From: Paramecium tetraurelia
Lineage: Eukaryota
Length of the DNA stretch: 64,000 nucleotides
Assembly: GCA_000165425.1 (NCBI GenBank)
Contig: CT868163.1
Coordinates: 62,001 to 126,000, forward strand
Direction of reading: 5' to 3'
Each line of letters begins with the position of its first letter. Within the stretch, counting starts at the first letter, position 1. Positions 27,001 through 40,639 of this stretch are shown here, piece by piece. A program made the translations under genes and the position numbers. The notes under the pieces are model-generated. The model saw nothing but the letters and a program-made list of their open reading frames with translations. It searched no databases and was not told the origin of the DNA.

Positions 27001-28003
27001 GTAATTATTTAACAAGTGCTCAAAAATTGCATTGATTATATGGTTAAGTAATAGAGCACTGAAACTAAATTTATGTTTTTGAAGTTGATCATAGATCTAC
27101 TTAGTGCTCTATTGTAGGAAGAGGGGATCTATGATTATCCCAATTTCTTGAAGCCGTACTCTAATGAATTGAATAACATCATTATTACTCTCATACTCCC
27201 TTTGTTGAAGGAATTATTCCAAGAATAACCTCCCTTACCATTTTATGCACTCAAATTAGCATCAATTCTCCTAACTTACAATTCACTCTTTCTCCCTCAT
27301 TTCAAAAGATATGAAGTCCTCTAGGCCATATTAGATATGTACAAGCCAGATAGTAATAATATCACAGGCCATACTTTGAATATCATTTAGAAGATTGTTG
27401 AAGGCAGTTCAATTGAAGATCTCAAGCAATTCTAAATTATTGGTATTAAATAAGTATTAAACTATAGATAAGTCAGTTCAAATATTTGTATAATTTACAA
27501 AACAGAAGTAAGAATGGGCTTTTGAGGATCTGTCTTCTATTATGGTAGCAATCACAAGCAAAATCATCAATGAATTACAAAGAGGGAACAACAAAATAAT
27601 AGTGAGTCCAGATAATACTTTGATTCCTTAACCCTTCCCATAAGAATTCTTATTTTTTTAGGACCAATTCTATTTCACCCTTCAATATGCTTAACAATTA
27701 ATTGGTATTTCTACTCCAGGCTGTCAATTAACTCTGTTCACTTATATGTTGCATTTGGCATATTTTTATCCAGGAAAACTATCCTAAATAAGGTAGTAAT
27801 TATTTAATTAATTAATTCCATTACTATGTCCTTAATTGAATAAGAGAATCATCAAATTGTTACATTGGATGGTTGTATTGAATGAACAAAAACCATTTAA
27901 GATAGAAAAGAAAGAAATCTTAGTATAAGTTTTGGAAAAATATCAAAAGGAAGACAAATCTATTGCTATGGCTGCAAAAGATTTGATGAAATATCTTCTT
28001 TGA
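24098..28003 (+). CDS. ULK4: ULK4/RUNKEL-type kinase with C-terminal HEAT/ARM region
   Basis: MNNYHIYDEIGKGKYSVVYKGRKKKTIEYMAVK, WYETRNHLWVILEYC, YCDLRPSN, KRGSPYYMAPELF; C-terminal LGLLLRHATVI, VRRKAAAALGEYLFYGATQ, KTIENI. Confidence 0.93.
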
Positions 28004-28762
28004 ATTAAAATATATATATATTTATATTTTATAATCAAAATATAATAGTTTATCTTACACAAGATTCGAACTTAGTTAATTAAGTATGTTATATACTTGC
28101 TTACTAATTTCAATTTCTTAATTAAATTCATTTATAATTCTGGCATACAAATCTGTTTCAGCAACAGAAGGATAAATTATGATAATAACTAAATTACATA
28201 TTGATCTTCAATCAAACCAACGATGATTGGAACCTTTTCTTTTATAGGATGAGAACATTATCAGCGAAATCTTATCCAGTAAAGATATCTATATTTTATG
28301 TTATCTACTTTACGGTTAGTTTTAGCAGCATCCTAAATTCCTTATTCTATGTATTACAGATATCTTTTAGTTCCTTTCCAATTGACTGAAAAGTTGAATA
28401 ATTGTCTCAATTTTCTAAAACAAGACTCTTCCTGCAGATAACTCAACTTTAGACTCCAGTGGCGAATTCAACAATAAACAAAGATTCCTTCAATTTTTCT
28501 AATGCTTATGTAGTTATGATATCATTAAGTGTAATTTAATACTTAAACATAAAATAATAGACATTATATCAAAGAGGATTTTCTATTTTTAATAAAAGAA
28601 AAAGGATTTTGTTTATAACTAACATAAAGATAGTCAATTTATTTCAAAATACAGGATAGTTAATATCCAATGAAAAATTCAATTTATGCATGTTGGTAAT
28701 TAGAAAAATGATTATCAGAATAATGATATTAATTAATGTAGTTATAAAATTCAATTAGAACA

Positions 28763-29284
28763 ATGGAGGAAATAGAATTCTTAGAGAATCAAGTGTATCC
28801 GAAATTACACACTGCTTTAGTGCAGCTGATAGATCATATTGTAAAGACTGAGGAAGTGAGAAAACATTAAGAAAGATTGAAGAAAATTAAAATATTTGAC
28901 AGGATTGAACAAAAGAAAGTAGAGAAGCAGAGATTGAAAAATGAGTTGGGATCGGCTTATGAATCCTCGTCTCAGGGCTCTGCAGAGAATGATGATTTAA
29001 TGGGAATGAGCTCATAACTGATTAAAAACGATGAATCCATATTTCCGATAAATCACCAAATACAGGCTCCGGCAGGAATTTCAATAGATGACATGAGTCC
29101 TCAGGATATGAAGAAGGAAATAAATCTGGCATTGAATCAGATTCAAGAGGATCAAGATGACGAGGAAGCCCCAGATAAACAAGAATTGCAGCATTTGAAA
29201 TAGCAAATGAAGTAGCAAAGAGAGGCTCTTGAATTTAATCCATTGATCTATTTAGCACATTTATTAAGAGAATTGTAGAAATGA
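28763..29284 (+). CDS. Hypothetical protein with split RIIa/Dpy-30-like docking motif
   Basis: Intronless ORF: MEEIEFLENQVYPKLHTALVQLI...FNPLIYLAHLLRELQK*. Confidence 0.75.
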
Positions 29285-29300
29285 TTAATTAATTATTATA

Positions 29301-29897
29301 ATGGCAGCTCGCTAAGTATTTTGTAGATTGTAGCCCAAAGTGAACAATTATCATAACGACGGCACAGGCAGGTATTTAACATAGTTGATCACAGGGATTC
29401 TTACATAAGCAAGTTTAATGGGGGACAAATGAATCAGACTCTGCAATCTCAAATAGCTCCTCAACGCAAATCATCGACTTCGAGAAAATGCATTACCTCA
29501 CAAAATCAAATACGCAATTTGGGACGATCTGGCAATCTACCTCCCTCAAATACCCATCAAAACTACGAAGTATTGGGGGGATGGAAGTGGGAGAGATTAT
29601 TTTGTAATAGTAAATGATGGTGGACAATGCAATCCATGTAATTGGTGGGATAATGTCGAAATCCAATTTCAAAGGCAACTCAGAAATTACCAAAAGACAG
29701 GTCCTCTGAGGATTAGCAGTGCTTGTCCATCCAAATAACAAGATAGATTGGCAGAACCCAAAAAACAGTTACAGATTAAGTAAAGGCCTCATACTCCCAA
29801 TATCAAACAAGCACACAAAATCTATCAATCTTATCAAACTCTGAAATACTAAAGCAAAGCTCGCAACATAAGGTACAAGACACATAATGATAATTGA
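29301..29897 (+). CDS. Small protein with two YxxDG(T/S)GRDxY repeats; contains a +1 frame break
   Basis: Repeat 1 YHNDGTGR|DSYI spans intron 29372-29394. Repeat 2 YWGDGSGRDYFV lies in the +1 frame, which stays open to TGA 29895-29897. Confidence 0.65.
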
Positions 29898-29923
29898 TAA
29901 ATATATTTTGGATTATTGTAATT

Positions 29924-31324
29924 TCACAATCTATGCAAATACTCACCAGCTTTGGTGATATATCTAATCCATTTCGTTGGTTTATATCCTGCTTTTTCAT
30001 AGATTCTCAAGAATCTTACTCTCAATCCACTTGCTGTAAACATGGGCACCTAAAACTCCATTGAAATGGGTGGCTTAATCCAAGGCTATTAATTAGTTGT
30101 TTAACCTAAGTCGATTTCACAACGTAATAGGGCTTCAAAGTCTCCAGGATACTTCTTTATTCTCCAAATCACTCCTTGCTAATCTGGTTCATGCTTGGCT
30201 TTCCCGATTGCTGAATTTGTATTAACATTTGCAGTATTCTTGGGCACTGGAATCTTTATGGCTAAATTTGTAGCAAAGAGATTCTTCTCAAAAATAGATT
30301 TAATCTTAAATATTTAAATATCTTAATACTTTGACTCGAATTTCCAATTTGTTTTTACCTAACTCATTATATACAGGCATGATTTTGAAGGGTAAATTAA
30401 TATTCTCAGTAATCCTATAAGTCATCAACTCAAATTAACCATCAGGTGGAATAAATGTGATTGCTCTTTCCTTATCAAACTTAGGTAATTTGACACATTG
30501 ATGGAATTTCAGATCGTCAATTGTAATACCTTTGTCTGTGGTCGTTTAACCGGGCTTACGAGGTTCTCTCTACATTAGCAATTTATCATTCATTCCAAAT
30601 TTACATTCTGGCATTCCAGACAATAAGCATTTCACCTAAATTGATCCTGCCACGTCAGCCTTCAAGATTGTCCCCTTCACTGACATCAACACATTCACAC
30701 TCTCTATGACATCCAAGTACACTTCGTTCTTTCTATACACAAGATTTGGTGGCCTCCAAGATGTAGCTCCAGTTGCCTAAGAAGTCAATTGTTTCAACTT
30801 TTCTACGTCATTCATTAATTCTGGCTTCAGTCCTCCTTCTTAAATGTACTAATAAACATTAGTATTAAGCATGATACTTTTTTCAAAAGATCTGCATCTG
30901 CTATTTATGGTACACCATAATCCATTACTTCATCCAGAATTTCATAAATTAGCACAAAGTGCTTTTTTATACAATTTTCATCAAACTCTCCTCCAAAGTA
31001 AGCTCTGCACACTTTAACCTAGGATTTATTATCGTAATCGTACTAATTAATAAAGAAATTGTAAGGTCATTGCTACATTTACATTTACTTTTGTTGTGGC
31101 TAATACTACAATGTCTTTTATTGTAATATGGATAAATGATGTTCCTTGAATTTTAAATATCATTTTTTACCATCAATATTGATTATTGGACATTCCTTAT
31201 TTTCTTTTGTGGCCACTATTTTAGCACAAAATTGTGTAGTCTCACTTCTTGTGATGTCATCCTTATAGACCCTATAAATAAGGATTTCTCCCTTATGATT
31301 TATAAACACAATTGAACTAATCAT
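29924..31324 (-). CDS. AP2M1: AP-2 adaptor complex mu subunit
   Basis: [107 protein letters not shown]. Confidence 0.93.
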
Positions 31325-31859
31325 TATATATTAAATAATTATATATATCTCAAATCTTGATTTGGAATTCTTATACTATTTTAGCATTAGAATAAAACTA
31401 TGGCGGTTGTTCATTTAAAATACCCACACCATTCTATCCTTGTTAGAAAAATTACATATTATAACCTATAAGTCATCTAAAAAATGCATTTTAAAAAATT
31501 TAATAAAAATGTGATTTATTTAAGACTTTCTATATATTAAGGTAGTTGTTTTGAATAAGATGCTACCATTTTTTAATCCTCCAAAAACAAAATTAATTAA
31601 TCCTTTAATTTAATAAATGATTAATAATTATCTGAGATGTCTTTTTAAATAAAAATTTCCAATTTCGATGTAAAATAAAGTAGATCATAAATATATCTAT
31701 CAACAAAAATGGATTTTTAAGAGTTATAGACATTTCAGAAGTAGTTTCTCACTATGAAAATGTAGAGAAACCTATTTTAAAATATAATTATATAAAATAA
31801 AATGAAATTATCTTATAAAAATGAAGCATAATAATTTACAGATCTCTTTTTATAACGAC

Positions 31860-34800
31860 TCAAGGTTATTGAAGGTTCTTCAGTCCAGGAGCTTTACCAA
31901 CTAAACATAATCCGCAAACCAAGCAAAGTTATGAATAATCATTTTCATATGTACTTCCATCATATGGACATGCCTTATAATTTTAAAGATTTTTGAGTGT
32001 ATTTACAGAGTAAATAGGCTATTCATTGAGCCAACTTTGATTGAAATCGATTTATATTGCATTTGTATTTTATTATTATGATGCTTTCTCATACTAAAAA
32101 ATAGATACTAAACCTTACTTTTTATGCATTTTGTAGAACTTCTGGTTTTTGAGTTGTATCATTTTTCAGTAATTCAATTAGCTTCTTCGCTATCTATTAG
32201 CATGTGATAAAGTTCTTCTATTTGTAGCTAATACTAAGAGCTTATCTCAAAGTTAAGATTCTATGAGTAGGTAGTAATTCTATTGTTGCCATCTTACAAG
32301 CCATTTCTAAAGCATTACTCTCCTTTTTGAATGAGTCACATCTCATTGCAATCATATAATTTCTGCTAATATTAATGTACTTTTTGACTTCTTCTATTTG
32401 GTTTGCTTCAAAATCTGTTAGTAATAGTTTTTGTAACACCTATTAGAAACAATTGCTGACTTCTTCAAATTTGGCATCAGTCGTAAATTTGTATCCTAGA
32501 ATAAATTAATATTACATACCTTATTTGATAAGTGTCTTAACTTCATTCAATCGATTTAATTTAACTGGGAGAGTGGAATTACTTAAATAAGGAATTGAAG
32601 ATACAACTTAAAATGAAGTTCCCCCTGTTAATAACTTCAAAAGCTATTAGTGATTACTCAAATTTATTTGTTGCTTTAACAATCTTATACCTCCTTCGTA
32701 ATCTCCTGCAGCAAAATACTTAACAGCCACATCTCCCTTTTATTCCAAGAACACTCCCCTTAATGCTTGTTCATCTATGCTCTTATCCTTTTCCTATATC
32801 ACTTTTGGTTCAAAGAACTCTTCTTCTGGTTCATCCTCTAGTCCCCATTAACCATCATTATTAATTTATTCTTCTACTTGTGCTTCTTCTACTACTTATT
32901 TTTAGATTGTGAATATATCCTAAGGTACAACTGATTCTTCAGTAACTTCAAGATTGATTATATCTTACTCATTCATTTAATAGAGAGGCCATGGATCATT
33001 TTTAAACTTCATGATAGGATTTGGTGGTATTAAAGCTTGACTTCCACCGAGTGATTTTATCCACTCAATTGTTTCTGATTAATTTTAATCCAATTTCTGA
33101 TTATTGCCATTCAGATGATCTACAATTTGAGCTAATTTTGGTAGATTCTACCTGATAGATTTTAATTTTGAAGTTTAGGATTAGTAAATGTAATTTGGTT
33201 ATATGTTTTGTAATTTCTCTTGCTTTTCAGTGTTACCTGTACACAGATATAAAAAGGCCAATCTATCAAATTGATTGAGTTATTAGTCACAAACATCAAC
33301 CAATAGGTTATTGCCTTGTCTTAGAGCTTCTGACCTCAATTATTCAAACAAATTTGTATCCTTGATTTCTATTGCTGCTTTGTATGCCTACTCTAAATTA
33401 CCAGAATCCAAAGAAAGTGAAAATTTAGCTATTATATAATATAATAGTGATACCTTATTTATCTTTGACTAATTTCAGAGCAACAGATGCTAATCTTTTT
33501 TAATACAAGTAGGAGAGTACAGCTTCATTTTAATTGTTCTCAACAAATTTATGAATTGCACTCAGGTCCTTATTTAATATGGCAATTTTAAATAATGGTT
33601 CCTGAATATCCAAAATTTAATTGATGTATTATGCAGTGTTATCAACTGCTATTAATTTTAATTTATTTTACTATTATTCTTCTCCTTTGACCAAATAGAG
33701 AATATTTTCAGTAGACTTTAACACTCCAGTGTCGCCATTCAATAACAAATATTTAATTTAACTTTTTGTAGTGTATATTATGAAGTTATTAACCCAAATA
33801 AATGACTTAATATTAACTTTTTCTTGAATTTCAATTAATTTTTAAAGTTGTTTAGTGAAGATAGTCAAGGTTAATTTCCCTTATACTATTAAATAGGAAT
33901 CATGATATTGGGCATACTTGGCATCTGTGTATTCTACTTAATGTAAACCCTGTTTAGCAAGTGGATCAAATAACTCTAAATGGTTCTTATTGCTCCAGTA
34001 GTTGAGATTATATACTAAATAGTCCTGAAATGTTTTGAGCTCTTCCCTACTATCTCTATATATTAATAATTTGCCTCCAGGGGCTGTGAATAGCTTCGAG
34101 GCGGGTTTTTCATCAATTATAGAGACTGCCTCTGTTTCATAATTATATAACTCAATTTATAATTCCTAATTGATTCGAGCAATTTTGCTTTTGCCAATGA
34201 AGCAAGCTGACTTTGAATTAAATTACTTAACTCCTTAGTCCCCTTTCTGAGGTTGAAATGCAATAAGCAAATGCCTCTTTATTCTAGATTAATTCTTGTT
34301 GAGAGATCGAATGCATCTAACCATTAATTGTGTTTTTTAAGTGTCATAAGTGTTGTATTCAATGGATTCAATGCTATCCTCAAGGACAGTTGGAGTTGGA
34401 GTAATGACAGTAGAAATATCTCTTATAGTTTATTATTGTCCTGAGTTCAATTCGATGACTTTAAGTATTTTCTGTTCTGCCATGCACAAATACCTTTCAT
34501 TAACTAAGAGTACAGGCACTCGATCTTTATGTAATGTGAATACTTGAAGCGTAGTATCAGAACCACAAGCAAAATAGTAATTGTTAGGATGACAGGCTAC
34601 AGTCCAATAACGATCGAAATGTACGTTTTCATAAAGTGCAATTTACTTTTTATTACAATCCCAAACTCTAATGGTGTGATCTTCAGAATCTGAGATAATG
34701 ACATCTCCTTTTGAATGAAACTCAGCACAACAAACATTATTGGTGTGTCCTGAAAGCGAATCGACTTCCCAGGCTTTGTTTTCATTGTATTTCCACAATT

Positions 34801-35455
34801 TGATATTTTTGTCATCGCCACTTGTGATGATGAATGGCTCTGATTTGTGAAATGAACACCAATTGAGTTAATCTTTATGTCCATCCATAATTGCAATCAC
34901 CTATACTTCTGCTCCAGAGAGTACGTACTCCTGATTCTTCTTTTATGCATATCTCTGTTTAAGCACTCCGTAATTCCACAATCTGGCAGTTTGATCTAAT
35001 GAACATGTCACTATGTAATCCTGAGTGGGGTGGAATTGACAAGACATTATGTAATGAGTATGTCCTGTGAGTATGGCTATGGTTTATCTGCTTTGATAGT
35101 TCCAGACTCTGGCTGTTTGATCATCAGATCCAGAGAGCACCCAAGGATTGGTTGGATGGAATGTTACACATCGAACATAATCTAGATGTCCCTTCAATAT
35201 AAATTGACATTATTTAAAATTCCACACTCTCACTGTGAAATCATCTCCTCCAGAACAGAACAGATTCAATTGTGGGTGGAATTCAACTGATCGGACTGCC
35301 CCTTTGTGATCCTCATATGTTGCTATTCGTTTTTTTATCCTGTAATCAATTAGTTCTATCACACCTGAGTGAAGTGCACTCAACAACCAAGGACGATGAG
35401 GGTGGAAAGATACGCTTTTTACCCGATCTGAACGTTTCTCTAATTTGACAAACAT
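31860..35455 (-). CDS. COPA: Coatomer subunit alpha
   Basis: [89 protein letters not shown]-terminal CPYDG..CLVCG. Confidence 0.95.
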
Positions 35456-35578
35456 ATTTATTACACGTATATAATTTTATAATATTTATTATAAATTAAC
35501 AATAATATTCGCTTCCAAATATTACAATGAATTTCTACCCTCTCAACATCGATGCCACATTTTAATCATTAATTAAAC

Positions 35579-36958
35579 ATGAAAAAATTAGAAGCCTTCT
35601 GTTTAGAGGACAACTCAGATGATGATTCATTAGATCAAACCCATTAGATTTCCATTCAAACTGAAATCAAGTACAAACAAATCAGAGACATAGCCACCAA
35701 AATCATCCTATGCTATGCCATAGACTTTGATTTGCCCATCATCCCCTTCCTGCAATACTTCTAGTTTATAAGAGTCTTGAATTCTGAAGATACCATTTCA
35801 ATCGAAGCCACTAAACCACTCATTAAATAACTATTGAATATCAAAGAACTCGAAATGATCACCAGAGACACCCATCTCAACGATATCCTCAATCAAACCT
35901 ACTCACTAAATCAACTCAACTCCATCGCCTAAAACTTTGAAAACAAATACAAACATTACCTCCAAAAGTCACAACCATCCAACATCTGTCAGATGACCAA
36001 GATTATCTACAATCAAAGAGAAAAAATCCAGGAAAAACTTGAAAAAATATTCCAAGACTAAAATTTACAGGACTTTATGAAAAAGGGAAAAGAACAATTG
36101 AAGAAAGCCCCACTTGAATCCTGGAAGAATAACAAGAAGGATTACGAAGAATAACAACTGCCTATTGCATAAACATTCATCAACTTAAATAAAATTAAGA
36201 AATTTCTAGATGAAAAAAAGGAAGAAGAAACCTATGCAACTGGTAAAATGAATCGTAAGAAAAATCAAATGATACGCATTGTTAGGAAAATCATTAAAAA
36301 AAGAAGACCCAAAACTCAAAACGAAAAATTCTGTACACAAGTACACTCCAGGAGATTCATTAAAAGGATATTTCAATTACTCCTATCAAGGCAGGAATCT
36401 TACCCTGAAATTTTCTATTGTTTGACTGTTAAGTTTGAAAAGAAATGTGCAGACAAGATTCAATTCACCTTAAACAACAGGTTCAAAACCTATATCGAAA
36501 ATGACACCTACATTCACAACCTATTAAATGAAGAATTGGTTAAGAAAGGGTATAATCCTGTCAAATTGAATGCAGAACAAGTTAATTTGGAAGACTTCTA
36601 TCAATGTTTCAACTTAAATCTCCAACCTCATGAAGTATCTGAAGCTAAAGTTGTTTATGAAATGATTGTCTAAGTGTATGAATAGAAGGAAATGCATCGA
36701 CTTAGATTATATCCAATCTTTAATTGTACCAAGTTTACTTTTTTGGAATAATAAATGACATAAATTGACACTATTGAGAAATACCAAACTCCACAATTCC
36801 TTAAATTCAAATCCATCGTCGAAGATATTAAATATTATTTAGATACAAATAAACTGTAAATTGAGAAAGAAATGCAAGCCTAGAAAGATAATTAGGTATA
36901 AACAACTGAAAGATAATAGAATAAAAAAGAAAAGGTGGAACCAAAAGTTGAAAGTTGA
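35579..36958 (+). CDS. Hypothetical intronless protein (459 aa)
   Basis: Uninterrupted 460-codon frame under table 6, MKKLEAFCLEDNSDDD...KKEKVEPKVES*; includes ORF-track fragment 36248-36673. Confidence 0.8.
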
Positions 36959-37343
36959 TTTCATATATAATATTAAATAAATTATAGATATTTGGTCTAT
37001 CATAAACATAACCTACGAAAGCGTTGTTATTCAAATTACAAATGATAACATATCAAATACTTTTTTTGATAAAATTATATAGAAAATAGTGATATATAAT
37101 TATAAAACACAAAAAGTACTTCACCATAATTGAGGATATCTTTATATATTTAGAATTATAACTCAGCAGGCAGAGAGGAGTTATTTGACATATATATAGA
37201 AAACAGTTTTTCTTCATTGTAAAATTTTAAGTTAAATCTCAAAGAAGGTTAAAAAGAGTCTTTATATATATATATATGGCTAATGTAGTAATTTCTGAAT
37301 AACAATTTATATTAATGCTATTGAATTGAATCTATAAAAAATT

Positions 37344-38409
37344 TCATTCAACTTTTAACACACTTCTCATTACTTTATATACACTAGCCTCAATCATGCT
37401 TGATACTGTGAATATGCCTCCAATAACTGCACATATCTAGACTAAGAAATGCAGAATGTCTTCTTTGGTTTACCAATATGTGACAGTTGTAGGTGCAAAG
37501 TCATATCTGAATATTAATAATGATTAATACCTTAATTGAACATTGGCGTAATTGTGGGATCTCACTTCATTATGATTGGCTGTATACTAGTAAACTGAAT
37601 AAGTTTATTTATTCAACAAGGTATAATGAGTTGGAATGATATGGATGAAGTGCTCATGTTACATCTAAAAATGTTTAATTTATGAATACTGATTAACTAG
37701 CCAATTCATATTTCTTAATTCTTTGACTGCCAGCCAAACTCTCCAATTAGCCTTGCTTGAACATGCTCTTGACTTTCTTGAGAGCATTTTCATCTCCAAA
37801 AGTAAATGATACAAATTTGTGAGAATAGTCTAATGGAAGATGTAGATTGCCCACTGCACCTATATAAGTATGAGATCGATGAGGTCCAAATGATATTTTT
37901 CCTTTAACTCTGTTAATCTTGAGACTTCCAACCACTTCACAGCCTTACTTTTCAGCCACTGCTGTTCTAGCATCCTCAATCACAATCCAATTATTCTAAT
38001 TTCTGATCTATTTATTCAATTTTGATATTTACATATTCTCCAATTCTCCTTTCACTTGAATCCATTCTATAGTATTTAAATTCCATGAATTATTATGATA
38101 AACTCTATCCCATTGCATCCTATTGATCAATTTCTAAAAAGTCGCATGGTGCCCTTACGAACTTGATGTCGAAACTCACTTGAACTCTATCCTTTGATAA
38201 TTGTTGATCCACGATGATTTCTGATTGCACATCTATGGTAATATACTCCTATACGAATGATAGACCTTATTCATTACAATCACTTCACTCATGACCATTA
38301 ATCCTAGGAAAATCAAAGTAAGAACGGAAACAACAGCTCCAGAACTTGTAGGCTCAGCCAATCCTTTCGGAACCTTACCATATAAATCTATAGCTTTTAA
38401 TAATTTCAT
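37344..38409 (-). CDS. ERGIC / Erv41-Erv46 family ER-Golgi cargo receptor
   Basis: LKAIDLYGKVPKGLAEPTSSGAVVS + TM, PCDFLEIDQQDAMG, GCEVVGSLKINRVKGKI, FRYDFAP, FLVQICAVIGGIFTV. Confidence 0.9.
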
Positions 38410-38429
38410 TAAATTATTAATATCACTAG

Positions 38430-39444
38430 ATGATCGAAGGTGATGAAGAAGACGAAATCAATGATCATAATGAATACTATCCGATTAAGCCAAAAATTAG
38501 AAGCAAATAAAAGGTGAGCAAGAATAACTATGGACAATTCGTACACATTTTTATTCTGGTGTTATTTCTAGCAATTTCGATCTTAATATTCTTTAATTGG
38601 ATGGAAAACCAATCTCAAGAATTTTAAGAGACATAACTATTACCATTTCAAAATCCCTAAGACCAAAACAAATTACAATGTCCCTATAATACATCTTTTG
38701 ATTCCACAACATTCTCATGTTTGAAATGCCCTTAGAATTGCATCTCTTGTTATCATGAATATTAATCAAGATGTCTTCAATGTTCAACTCCTTTCAAATT
38801 AAAACAAAACATATGTGCAAAAGATTGCGTTTCAATTAATAATATTTGCATTAACACTAATAATACCAAAATTGATTAAATTAATTATACTGTAATCGAT
38901 TTAGGTACTCTCCTCAAAATTGATTCACTATTCTAAGTTGAAATTCACACTTACTCTTCCAAAAATATGTATATTATATTCCCACCTTTGGGTAATTCCT
39001 TCAATTATTTTTACCAATCCTTATAATTGCCTGAATTGGCTAACAAACTTGAAAGCACTATCTTTGTATTTTCAACACCCTACACTGAAGTCATGTAAAT
39101 TATAGAAAACAAAGACTAATCAGAAGATTAGTTCATTTACATAAATAGAATTTATGAATTTGTTTAGCCCTATTTCTAAAATCAAACTAAGTCCATAAAT
39201 ATTGTCGCCTTAGGTGAAATGCTCTTTTTTGCTCATAAATTAACCACACTTATGTAAGTATCTTACTATATTTATTCAGAACCTAGAACTCGAATCAAGA
39301 TATTAAAATTACTCTCATACTCATGTAAACGCATGAAGTGCAATTAGAAGAAAGCATTAGATTAGAGGATTCAAAATTATACAACATCTTGTACTATATC
39401 AATTATAAGTGGAACAGTAATTCTACTTAGGAGTAGGAAGTTGA
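38430..39444 (+). CDS. Single-pass membrane protein with a furin-like Cys-rich repeat
   Basis: TM FVHIFILVLFLAISILIFF followed by CPYN...CLKCPQNCISC...CLQC...CAKDC. Confidence 0.6.
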
Positions 39445-40639
39445 TATCAACGATTAAACCATTTCTCAATAAGTATAAGGTGCCAAATAAAAAATAAATA
39501 TTAATAAGATCGTCAGTTCAGTCCATAATCGAAGAATTAATGTTGTAGTTATTTCAGAAAGGCATAGCAAAGATATATCAACTATTTATTAAAATGGTTT
39601 TAATTATTACAACTTAACATAAATATTTTTAGACAATAATAAATGGTCTGCTTTATTTTCAAAATTGCAAGGATTACTCTTATGATTAATTCATAATATT
39701 AGTGTGTTGTCAATAATTTAATTACATTTATATTTCTTAATATAGTAATTTATGAAGTTGTGTTTGTTTTCATAGAATGCTATTGAATTCCTCTCTTTAC
39801 AATTAACCACTTTTATTTATTAAAACTCATAGTATTTTTTTACCTAATATCTATTTCAAATAAGTTATCATTTTGATGGAAAGAAATGTTTAAGATAAAT
39901 AAGTATCGTAAATATCTAATTAAATTATATATAAACTTGTATTATAATAAAAATCTTAAATTGTATTAATAATCTTTTAACATCAAAATAATTTATTAAA
40001 TTAATATTCAATAGCTTAAATTCATTTATTCACAAATGTTAAGGCCCTGTGGAAAGATTAAATTTCTTTCTATTCTAGTTAATATACAAATCATTGATAT
40101 TGAATCCTCATATATTATTTTTAAATGTATTATGTTTATAAATATTATATTAAACAATTTTATTAGAAAACGAACTTTTAGTTCTCATGAATTTAAATTA
40201 TTTTTTGTTTTAATAATGTTGAATTATTATGAATATCAAATAAAATGATAATATAAAGAGGTGTTTCTTTGAGTATTATATAACTTAATTCACAAATATA
40301 ATGGAGAAATAAAGAATTTATTCAAAAATTAATTAACTTCCTAAATTTATTATTTTGATCCCAATATGGTATTAATTATTTAATTCTATTAGCTATTGAT
40401 AGAGATTAACAAATTATAAATCTATGACAATTGAAAATGACAATTCTTAGATAAAATGAGAGTATTTTTTGAGAAACTGATCAGAATGTTCATTAAACTA
40501 TAAAATACGTATATTTTAGAACATATATTGAAGTTCATCGTTTATAAATCTTTTAGAATTATAATATAAATTTTTTGCAAATTTAAATAATAGAAATCGA
40601 ATAATCATTCATATATTTTTTAATAAATTATTTTTCAGA

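Noticed and set aside
29924..38409. Apparent cluster of trafficking genes (AP-2 mu, COPA, ERGIC)
   Set aside because: No operon logic in this genome and an unrelated gene intervenes; likely chance in a trafficking-rich proteome
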